Shown here one piece after another: positions 25,601 through 35,966 of a stretch of DNA of 64,000 nucleotides; the stretch's first letter is position 1, and the number at the start of each line of letters is the position of its first letter. Below the pieces are notes generated by a model. The model made no database searches. It had not been told where the DNA came from and saw nothing but the letters and a program-made list of their open reading frames with translations. The translations under genes and the position numbers were made by a program. Origin of the DNA: Amoebophrya sp. A120 (taxonomy: Eukaryota > Protista > Dinoflagellata); NCBI GenBank assembly GCA_905178155.1, contig CAJINV010000010.1, positions 3,244,587 through 3,308,586 on the forward strand, given 5' to 3'.

Positions 25601-28600
25601 GGAAAGCTACTCTCCACTCATGTGCGCAAGCAGAATCAAGGTTCACCCTCACTGATGCCGGGCGACTAAACTACCTGCGCCTGCTCGCGCCACGAAAAGC
25701 TCGTGCTAGCCGACGGAACAACTTGCTGTCACATGAGTGCAAAGAGTGCTCGGGCTTCTCTGTCGACACTGACTTGATAAATCTTCCAGAGTTCTACAGC
25801 TGTATCACCACAAGGTTTCAAGTGCAAAGACAGTCTTGAGCAGATCTACGCAAGCGTTAGAGGTAACATCAATGCTGCCTTTCCTCGGTGCGACGAAGCT
25901 GACGGCTATCGTACCTGTGGAAAAATACGATGGGAATAGTGTGCTTGTGACCGCCATGAATCCATACTCGTGCTGTGATCGATGCAAATTTACCTGAATC
26001 TATGACTCTCATCCTGCGTGCAAAAGACGCCACCATGTAGTACCTCGCGTCCAGCATCCGAGCGACGGATAATCTCGTTTGCGACAATCGCCACTCACCT
26101 GAAAGTGTGGAGAAAACGATGAAGACATGCAAGCGTCTCGTGGAGGAGACGATGAAGACATGCGAGCATCTCAAGGTACAAACTACATTCGCATGCATCC
26201 CACAACCGTCTACCTTACGGGAGCCCGTCGTGGATGTTCCTGCGCTTGTACTCGTGATCTGCTGGGTCCGTGTAGTCATCACCTCTCTTGCGGCGCTCCA
26301 GACTCTCACGGCGATTCTTCGCCAACATGGCATCGATGAAGAAATTCTTCAATTCTTTCGTCTGGTCCGGCTCGCCCTCGTCGGCCGCTAACTCCTGCTT
26401 GGTACTCAAGAAATCCATGAGCCCCAGCAAGGAGACCCACTTCTTTCCGAGCGCCGTCTCGTCCGCCGAAGGAAATTCATAAATCTCACCCAGAGCTTTC
26501 CGCGTGTTGTGCACCGCACCGTGCATGATTTCCAACGCTCGGGTCTTCGACTCCATGGTTTCCGCGAGGAGTTCAAGACATTCAAACAACAAGTCAAATA
26601 ATAAAGGTTTCTGCACGTTCTTGTGCTTGAAGAGGTGCAGGAAAAGAGCCTTAAAAGTTTTGATGACTTCCGCGAAGGGCGGATTCACATCATCCTTGAT
26701 TTTCACAATCACCATTTTGAAATGCGACATCAGACTCGTGAGATTCACACGTTTGAAGTGTTCTAAATCAACAAGGTGGGCCAGCTTGGCCGGCACCGGT
26801 GGAATCGACGTCGACATGATGACAGCAGAAGGAAGTGGTGAATGCAGTTAGTGTAAAATCTAAAGATTTGTCCCTGTGGTGCGATAAGCAGATGGTAAAT
26901 GCTTGAAGTATGTCCATCTTTAAAAGATAATACACTTAGACGAAGAAGTGCTATCTAGAATCCAAACAAGTATACTTGACATCAGCTTAGTATAACTTAT
27001 TCTTCTTCTTCCGTTAACATTTCATCATCGCTCGTGTGATCATCGTGATCGTCGTTCAAAACTCCGTTCTGGTCGACTAGGATTTGTAACAGCTGCGGCA
27101 GGGTCGTACCGATTTGTTGTCCCAAGCGGACAATGACGTTGCGCATAGCGAGCACGCCGCCCATCTGCCGTCTGCCGGCGCTGTAGTTTATCGCACATTA
27201 CGAATAGATAAGGCTCATTTGATCTTCGTGCGTGACATGCCGTCTGCGCATTATTAAAAACTTAAATTTCGATCGCCATGAATATACCGACACATTTCTG
27301 CGGCTTGAAACACAAAATAAATTTGTGCAGCTGCCGTGGCCGTTTCCGCGTGAATATGCCCTTCGCGCAGGAGGAAGTACAAGAGCGCCACGCGCAGGCC
27401 CGTCGTGGTGTAAAATTTAGCTGTGAGTCGTTTTTGTATACACCAGGTGATTTCATGAGTCATTCGAGCAAATGTGCATTACCCCAACTATTATTTATAC
27501 TGATGTAGACCCAGTGCGCCACCGCGCGGTCCGTGGACATCCAGGTGCTCGGCCAGTAAGTGTTGTCGCCCCACAGTGTCGTGACGACTCTGCGCGGCAA
27601 CTCCGTAACCACCGCCACCGTATGGCGTAGGATCGCGTACCCGATGGCGACTCCCTTGGAGATGAAGCTCCAACTGCCCTGGAGCGCCAGGCCCAGCGCC
27701 GACAACGAGAGAATCGCGAGATCACGCATCATTTTCAGATCTTCTTCTTTTTCGTCGGTGGTTCGTAATCCGAGCAATCAGTGGACTTGGAACCCGGGGC
27801 GTTGATAAAATCTTCGTCCTGAAAAATCAGATAGCCCTCAGCAGTCTCTCTCACTTTCATGCCGAGGACCGTCTTGTCCTCCGTGGCTGTCCCAAAGATC
27901 AATGGGTAGGGAGACACATACGACGTCGTCGTTCCATCTTTGCGAAGCAGCTGAAAGACGGTTTGCCCATGACCGAACTGATAATAGACTGCCTTCGTAT
28001 CGACTGGCATGCCGAAAGAGAACTGGAACAAATTCTGCTTTAACTGTAGCTCTTTGTCCACCGGCATCCTAAACATTGATTTCGAATAAGTTCATGTGCG
28101 GTTTTTACAGCAACGACGTGTCGTTCAATTTGTGTACAATGTCAAGGAACGGACCAAAAACCGCCCTGTCGAGCTTGTTGTTCAGCGCCTGCTCATACAG
28201 ACGTGGTACTTTTTCAGACAAGGATTCTGCGCTCACCATCGTCCATCTGATCTCGTTCACAATTGCAGCTAACTGTAACGACTTACCCGACCTCGTTGCC
28301 TTTTCGACTGCAACATCAAGTCTTTCTAGTTTCTCATCGTTCCTCTTGATTGTTATGTTTTTCGAAAAGTGATTGTCAACCATGATTCGCTGATGAACTG
28401 GATCTATAGGACTGTAATGGAAATCCAAACTGTAACTATTTCGCCAGCCACCCTGCCACATTGCTAATCTCCTCGTTGGATCAGACGTGGTAAAGTAAAT
28501 AGCACCCGCCTTGCGCAGACTGATTGGTCTATCTACCGCTACATGGGGTGTTTCTACTGTAAAGAACGCTTTTATATCTTTCCTCACAGCGTCTTTCGAA

Positions 28601-31600
28601 GACTTTTTCGCGGCTCTCGTGCTGCAATTGTTCGCGCCGATCACGGGGAAAAACGGGGCGGAATCTTTCCAGTCTTTGCTGGTGTGGTGCAGGTAGAAAG
28701 CGGACATGTACTTGGAGTACTCATGCGTTAGATAGGCCGGCGTGCCCGACGGTAGGAAGGCTTCGTGACCGAGTCCTAGCTGATCAATCTTTGATCTTTT
28801 CACCTCTACACTGAATTGCATGCTGCCGTCTTTTGCTCTTATCGGCTTGATGTCGCTTGCTGTCAGGCTCCACAGCTCCGCATTCCGCCGCACTGCGAAG
28901 AAGGCGATCAAGACCTGAATGAGCGAGATAAAAATATCCAAGAAGGGATAGGAGTTTTTGATGCGACATTACTGTGGCCTAAAATGCAATCCACGAAACT
29001 ATACCATGACTGCTTTCTGCAAACGCAGGAGATGCTCCAAGCCGTTCTTGTATTCCTGCAGGGCTGTCTCTGAATAGTCGCCCGTTCTAGACCGTAGATG
29101 GCCGGTGTGCAAGGTCCAGAAGGCCTCGATCCGCTCGAGGCCAAGCATTACTTGGCTGAAAGTCGGCGCGAACTTGTGATGGCCGGGGGACGTATGATAC
29201 GCTTCCTTTTTTAAGGCTTTCCAGATCCGTTGCAGGTACGGGGATCTCCCATCATGCAATCTAAACGCGGCTAGATGGAGCCTGGAGCTGTTGTATGCTC
29301 CTATTGCGGCTGACAGCGTTAAAAAGGCGCTCCACTTTATCCGCTGTGACTCTTCATGCAGATACGACCTGTGGACTGCTCTGGATGTCTGGAAACACAC
29401 AAGGAAGAGCAACACCTCAGCCTCCGTTTGGAGCGGCCAGAGGCAAAAACCTAATTCGGCGCATACTCGTGGCACGACCGACCTGAGCATCGAGGCGTAT
29501 GTACCGTGCGTGCCCGATTTTATCGACTTCCCTTGCAGATCTGCTGCCGCCTTGACCAACACGTCCGACAATTGCTCGGACACTGGAAAGCCCGCGAAGA
29601 TCTCTTCGTCGGAGAAGCGAATTTCGAAGTTGTCTGCGAAGACTGTGTCCTTGCGGTACGGTTCGTACCTCTTCGATGCCGCTACCGTTGTCGCCGCTGA
29701 GCTGTAGAAGGCTTTTATCGCTTGCGTCGACGGAAGCTTTATGGCGATTGCGCTTCTCCCTGCTACTATCTTTTCCGACTTCAGCGGGCAGAGCGAATCG
29801 GACGTGCCACTAGAAGACGACGCCGAAGAACTACTGGACGATGAGGACGTGGCTGACGAACTGCTGGCTGCCGCTGGCTGTGCAGCCACGACCTTCTCCT
29901 CCACACTGCTCTGCAGAATGATTTTGGACCAGTCTTCCTCATCCGCGGTGTGGAAATCGTAGCTGTCGACTAGCTCCAACTCGTCCTCACTGTCGACCAG
30001 ATCGTGTACTTCGCAAAGCGCATTTAAGGAGCTGCTCGCCACCGCCTTTCTTCTTTCCAAATCTTCGTGGGTGCCCGTCACCTTAAACAAAGTTGTCGAG
30101 AAATTATGCGCATCAGCTGGTTCTTCGAGGTCTTTGTGGTCCTTGCCCAGCTCCTCCAACGCTTGCTTCTTCCAATTTAAATCGAAATCCGCCGTCTCGA
30201 TCGCATCTTGCAAGGAGGACTCGATCCCCGTCGGGTAGTATGGAGGCGGTAGCTGGGCTACGGGCCTTTTGCGGCTTTGTTGCTGCTGCTTCTGGGTTTC
30301 CGTGGCGGCTTTTAGGTCCGCGGAAACAACTTGTAACCGCTTAATCTTGTCGAGCTTCTCGGCTTCCGCTTTGGCGCCGAGAGCATCTTTTATCGCTTCA
30401 TTTGCAATAAATTTATTCATCCTCGAATCTAACGCAGTACAGATGCATGGGTCGCGAACATCAGAGTGCAGCTTGCATAATAGTGTCCCCACGGTCTAGA
30501 ACAGCTTTCGCTCGAACTGGCGTTTACTGCCTTGCATCTCTGTGTCAATAAACTTCTGTGTCACAATCGCACTGTTTTCAAAAAACCTGGCTTGTTACAA
30601 AAAAGACTCGCGACTGCCTCTTTCAACAAAACACTCGAAACTGTTGTTTACTTGGTGCCTGCCGCCGGCAGTGCACCATTCTTTCCACCCTTGCCAGCAC
30701 CTTTCTTCCCGCCCTTCGGATTCTGCCCCTTGCCGCCCGCCTTCGGTGTGGCTTGGCCCTTGGCGTTGGACTTTATGTGCTTCAAAGCTGGTGTCACCTC
30801 CGCGCAGACGACATCGGCGTCGCAGTCCTGAGGGGATGATGAGGAGCGGGATAAGAGAGAGCCCAAAATGCCTAATATCATCGGATACATGACAAACAAC
30901 AAATAGTACCTCTCTCCAATGCGCTTTCCCACTGCACGCGGGGTTTAAGCATGCGAGCGCACAGGGATTTTTGGATGCTTTACACGAAATCAAGCCCGGC
31001 TTGCCGTCGAGGTGGTTGTTACCAACTCCTTTTCCCAATAGAAAACAATTGATGCAAGTTTGGGACCACTTGATGTAGCTTTTCGTCAATTCTTCGTTCT
31101 GCGAGCGGGCTCTCTCGTACGCTCCGCGCGCTCCCGACGTCGTCAGCGGGGCTTCTTCGAAGATTTGCTTTATCTTATTCCAGGCTTCTGTCTCGGCTTT
31201 TGTTTGCTTTCTGCTCTGCGTTGCCGTGCTGGAGCCTGCTGCTGGTGCTCCCGGTCCTCTGAACCCGACTTCCTTCAGGGAGGTGCCCGCGGTGTGTAAC
31301 AGCTTTTCTAAACACTGTGGGCGGCACAGGTTGTCCGTACAAGCGCTTGTGAAGGAATTCTGTTATGCGGATTTTGGAATTTGATACGAATGTCCCATGT
31401 GTGTTTGTCATGCGTGGCACGATGCAACAACCCTCAAACCCATACCTGAAATTCCATCACAAAGAAGGCCTCGTCCAACGGATCCGCCGTAAAGCGGTTT
31501 TTCAGCTTCGACGAGAAGTCTTTAAAATAATAGTAAATTCCAAAATTTTGATTCGGTGGTAACTCGTTGTCTTGCACGTCGCCACCTTTTTTGAGCCTTG

Positions 31601-34600
31601 CGGTCTGCTTCTTTTTGAGATGCTTGATCAAGAAGAGCAAGTAGTTGGCCACTACGGACATGTTGTCGTGGGGGAATAAAGCGATGACATTCGTCAAGTA
31701 CGACTCGCACTTCTCCGCGGAACCGCTTGGCGGTAACAACAACTTCGCCCAGGACACCTTCTGCTGCTCGGATAAATTCTTTAGGTCGATGTACTCTTGT
31801 GCGGCTACTGAATTTTGGGCTTGCGCCGTCGCCATGATCATCATGAGTTGATTTTGAGAATTTTTCTCTAATTTACGCTGTTTCTGGAGTGGTGGTTGTT
31901 TGAGTTTCTGATAACTCGACAACTTTTCTTCATCGTCCATACTACAGAACTTACTGCACCAGCTGTACCGGGCGCAGATTCTCGTGGTCAGCTGCGTCGC
32001 GCCAGTGCGCTCCTCGACGCGCTTCTCTACCACCTTTAAATCTTTCCTTGATTCTTCTCTGGTACAGCGGTTGCACTTGCATGTCGATCCCAGCAAGTCG
32101 ATGGTGCCGAACTCCTTCTCTAGCAGGGGACCTCCATCGTTGGTGAAACATGTCTTGCAAATCGACCTTTTGCACTGGTCTCCTGCCGCATTCACCAATG
32201 CGCTGCATCGGTACTTCGCGTCGGCTTCCGGGACAGTGTCGCTGTCGCAGATGACGCAAAAGAGAAGCACAGCCATTCTACCGCATGTTTTTGTAATAGG
32301 ACTTACACCACCTAGAAGCAACAGACGATTCAGACGCGGACGCATACTAGCAGGGGATCTTCTGCATGCTCACACTCTGAAGTCTCTCTACACTCTGACT
32401 CTCTGGAAGCTCTCAGGAGAGGTGATGTAGCCAGTACCCAAAACTCGCGCTAGAACAACTTTGTCGAGTTGCGGCAAACGTTCCTTCGAGGAAACAGACA
32501 AGGTTTTTGGTCCTTGTCCTGCTGTGACCTGCGGGATGCTGATGTTGTAGAAGCTGATCGATTCTTTCGCGGAAAAAACAGGTCACATGTGACTTCAGGT
32601 CAGAATAAGTTCGATGCACCTTGTGCTAATGACTGGTTGTTCAACGAATGCGAAGTCTACATGACCGGAGCGCATATAACTTATGGCTCGCTTCTCTGCC
32701 CCGGCGACGGCGGGGTGTCGCGGGGAATCATAATATCCGCATAACCGGAAATCAACCCTTGATCACTCGCTAGCTCCTTCGTGGCGCCACGGCAGGGAGC
32801 TCCGTCCCGGCACCACTCCACGAAGATCGGGTTCCAGGTTTTGGCGTTGCCGAACGGAGGCATCGTGATTACCGGCATCTGGAATAAAAGCTCGCGCATC
32901 CGCTCGTGGGCCGGGGCATCCGGGTTCAGAGCGCGCACCGTGTCCTGTGATCAGAATATTATGGTGAATTCGCATTCAAACCACCCATGCGGGTTGACCA
33001 ATCAAACAGAAACACAAGCATTGTACCAGCAGCGCGTTCTTAGTCGATCTTGAAGATTCCTTGACCAGGTTCCAAGCTCTGTCCGCTTCGGCGGCACGCT
33101 GGCTTTCGGCCGTGTGCATCGCGGTGGCTGCGACGTTGAAGTTCATCGAAGCGCAGCGGACCGTGTTGCTGTGCACGAGCGCAGCATGCTGTTCCAGGAT
33201 GTCGGCGACGCCCGCCAGCGACATCCCTCCGAAGACCAGCGCTGCGAAGGCCGGGGCGTGCAGAGCGGTTTCTTCGCCTGCTGCGGATTTGATCCGCTGA
33301 GCGTGAGCTAGCTCACGAGCCGACAGCTGAACCATCTTGTGGAAACTACTGCTGCGTACTGCTAACGCGGGATCTAGGAACAAAGATCGACCACTGCAGG
33401 CTGCACAGCGCTGCAAGCAAACAAAAGAGGGTTCCACTCCGTGAGCGAACACTGTACTCCATCGAAGTGACGCGCTGCCACATCCTCAGCAACTGTTGCT
33501 GGCCTCACCAGTGGGAGGACTTGAAACGCTGCCACCGTGTGACACAAGCTCGACTGCGGGTGCAGGAGCTAAGTAACATCTCGACCGCAGTGCGGGAGCT
33601 GAAACTAGACTGATTCTCGACCGCGTGCGCGGGAGCGATCAGAGGCGCTTGCATGGTGCAAGGCGCCGGAAAACTGTTCGAAAACAGTGAAATGATCATG
33701 GTCAAGTGTGATAACGGGATGCTTGACCCCCGCTCATGGAACTTCCGAACACAAACGATCTCACAATTCAGACTTTACGAACTCCTATCGAACTCCTCCA
33801 ATCTCATAAAAGGGCCAAACAGGCTGAGAATCTGTTCCACATCCGTCATGCAAGGCACGCAAGGTCACCCCGTCCACTTTTTCCATTCTTGCATCACCAA
33901 GTCATGTAACAGTTGAGAACGCGACAGTTGAGAACACCATATCCTGCCCGGCCTTCTGTTGTAGTTCCTGCAACACGTCGCGACTGTGGAGCGCAAACTT
34001 CTTCAACGCGTATTCTTCTAGGTAGTGCGCACCGAAAAGGGAAACCACCGACGCGGCACGCTTTAGAACCTCTGTCGACCCGTGTCTAGTTGGGCTATGG
34101 CTGTCGTCGGACACCCCGCGGCCACATGATCTTGGTTGTATTTCTAGCTGCCCCTGCTCGTCCGGTCTGCTGGTGCAGAGGAACGGCAGACACCGACTGT
34201 GGCTCACGTCACCCTGGTGGAATTGACACGGAAAGTTTTGGAACGGTGACGTTGACCTTGTTTGCTCCTGTTTTGATGCTCTTTCTTGCTCCGTATGCTG
34301 TGCAAAAGTATCGCACTCGCATAAATGCAACTCTTGCTCTTGCATATGCATTACAAATCTTGTTATTGAGGCAAATCCGCATGACAAATTCCATTTCTCA
34401 TGCTAAGGAAATTTGTATTGCAATTCATACTAGTACGATACTTTTGCAATGCATACTCCGCCTCCTGTGCGGCAGCGACCGCATCCGGGTCAAAATCTAT
34501 CCCGGTGTAGCTATCTACGTTCATCGAATGAACAAGTTGTAGGTGTTCTTTATTATCTGCGTAGTTCTCCGCTCGCGCCGCCAGCTCGTGCGCCAGATCT

Positions 34601-34863
34601 CCATGGCCGCACGCAGCGTCAATGACCGTCAGACGACACGGACCGTGGCTCTTGCTTTTGTCGTGAGCAGAAACAACAGGCTTGGATGCAGTTGAAGAGG
34701 TGCTTGTCTTGTCAGCTGGCGTTCGCTCCTTGTTCTTTGCCAACAATAGATCCACGACTGGCGGCATGGCTGCTTTGACCAGACTCCGGTACAGCTGCGA
34801 GTGCGTCGGGTAAATGCGCTGTTGGCAGGCCTGCAGCAGGTTGCTGTTTACAAAGGCCTGCAT
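22699..34863 (-). CDS. Class I SAM-dependent methyltransferase; exons ~34456-34863, ~33942-34288, 22699-23260
   Basis: VIDAACGHG, YTGIDFDP, FHQGD..LPF, VVSLFGAHY motifs; both joins in frame (EAE|QER, AGQ|ETA). Confidence 0.8.
23395..25504 (-). CDS. DIRS-type reverse transcriptase with long acidic N-terminus; probable ~130-nt intron near 23767-23897; truncated before RNase H
   Basis: KIRVISN, LDAKDSFSHWLVHP..RRYLG, LPFGIGCAP, YVDD, K...P....WLGFHFDT motifs across ORFs 23837-25504 and 23310-23732. Confidence 0.85.
26215..26817 (-). CDS. Hypothetical helical protein inside the retroelement
   Basis: 200-aa ATG-initiated ORF co-oriented with YR/RT; no motif recognised. Confidence 0.5.
   Translation of the reverse strand: MSTSIPPVPAKLAHLVDLEHFKRVNLTSLMSHFKMVIVKIKDDVNPPFAEVIKTFKALFLHLFKHKNVQKPLLFDLLFECLELLAETMESKTRALEIMHGAVHNTRKALGEIYEFPSADETALGKKWVSLLGLMDFLSTKQELAADEGEPDQTKELKNFFIDAMLAKNRRESLERRKRGDDYTDPADHEYKRRNIHDGLP
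27735..30492 (-). CDS. Tyrosine recombinase with N-terminal core-binding region; GT-AG introns 28915-29004 and probably 28069-28108
   Basis: Spliced read ..QKAVM|VLIAFFAVRRNAEL..VKRSKIDQLGLG..ISLRKAGA..QGGWRN..DFHY gives the R-K-(H>I)xxR-W-Y set; C-terminal PTKKKK NLS-like. Confidence 0.85.
30648..32345 (-). CDS. gag-like protein with N-terminal PHD-like Cys cluster and C-terminal Cys/His knuckle, multi-exon
   Basis: CVICD..C..CKRSICKTC..CKCNRC; downstream CINC..H..C..C..C..H and G/K-rich tail; GTATGG and GTAAAC donor-like sites. Confidence 0.5.
32976..33452 (-). CDS. Hypothetical Ala-rich ORF at the 5' end of the retroelement
   Basis: 158-aa ORF co-oriented with the element. Confidence 0.3.
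   Translation of the reverse strand: MFAHGVEPSFVCLQRCAACSGRSLFLDPALAVRSSSFHKMVQLSARELAHAQRIKSAAGEETALHAPAFAALVFGGMSLAGVADILEQHAALVHSNTVRCASMNFNVAATAMHTAESQRAAEADRAWNLVKESSRSTKNALLVQCLCFCLIGQPAWVV
34294..34455. mobile_element. Introner family B
   Basis: TSD CTCCG; frame restored. Confidence 0.9.
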
Positions 34864-35966
34864 CTTCTTGATGCTCGTCAGGCTATTGTATCAGCCGCGT
34901 TCAATATGATCATGTAACTTTGTCTAAGTACCTTCGTTGCTTCTCGTATAAGTTTACGTTGGTTGTATTTATTTGGCTTGCTCGGAAAATTTTAGTGGAC
35001 AAAAACATGGGAAAAAAAAAAGGTCTTCATGGAAAATATCGCAACCGGGTGAAGATCTTCGATATTGTCGACTCTCTGTCACTGCGCCAGGAGAGGGAGG
35101 GCGCGGAAGCTATGACTAGGTAATTCGTGCCGTTAGGATAAAAACCGGCGGTAGACGAAAAATCAGAAAACAACTAGTACAGAGACCCATGCACAAAGCA
35201 CTACCGAGGAATGATCATTCAACCATCCTTTCAGATCACCATCGAATCAATTGAAGTCTCTTGTTGTTCGGGTTCGGCATCTTCGGATGAAGAAAAAATA
35301 GGTCAGGGATTCTCTGCTATTGCTGTGCCAGTACCACTCGGCACAAAATAAACCGGAAATAGAAGAACCTGTTCCTCACTTGTGCAGCTGATCCTCTTGA
35401 AGATGTGAGAGGTACAACTACTAACGCCTTCGGCGGACCACGACCTATCCAGGCGGTCCTTGTTCCTTGCGCGAGGGACCGACGACAACGCTCGCGACGT
35501 TGCGGTCGCGACATAATTCAAAGTTTCTGTCTAACGTTTGAAGAGAATCACTCTAGGAGTTCTTGTTCTACGTTTTGCTTGCATATAAGCAGCACCACGC
35601 CAGGATGATGATGCTCTTCAATAGTTGTCGACAGTATCACGACCACATCAGGCTCCATTGTACACGGTCGTGTGCCCGAATCAACAAAAAACAGCTATGC
35701 GTTGGTGTAATAACTCTATCGAGCGAATCACATGACAAATTTCTTGTTCGTGGTTCCCGCCCAGTAGCATCGGCCAGCAAGAGTACTTGCTGGACGTGAA
35801 GAAACAACTCACGACAGGTATAGCCTGCAATGCCGCACATCTCGCATCATGACAGCTCGCTGCATGTTTTTTTCCTCTGCATGATAATGAAAGAATGTCA
35901 ATGTATTTCACAACGTAAAATCTAGTTCTGTTTTACACCAAACCCCGTTTATCTTTATTTTCTCTT

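Larger units (their letters stand above)
23365..33805 (-). mobile_element. DIRS/Ngaro/VIPER-like tyrosine-recombinase retroelement (gag-like, YR, unknown ORFs, RT), 3'-truncated
   Basis: Co-oriented Zn-finger ORF, YR and DIRS-type RT; no RNase H or terminal repeats seen. Confidence 0.75.
23266..33941. mobile_element. Giant (10.7 kb) family C introner containing a YR/RT retroelement
   Basis: Left ~100 bp and right ~135 bp match the two halves of family C; perfect TSD TCCTG (23261-23265, 33942-33946). Confidence 0.9.

Noticed and set aside
26108-26172. 33-bp tandem duplication (GACGATGAAGACATGC..TCTC)
   Set aside because: Two-copy local duplication with no further structure
23365-33760. Terminal inverted repeats of the nested retroelement (GTTATCAC/GTGATAAC, GGAAGTTC/GAACTTCC)
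   Set aside because: Only 8-bp matches and in the wrong relative order
35696-35945. Possible further degenerate introners here and near 7100-7280, 39310-39400, 52515-52930
   Set aside because: Motif copies are present but termini and TSD could not be fixed, so they are not listed as features
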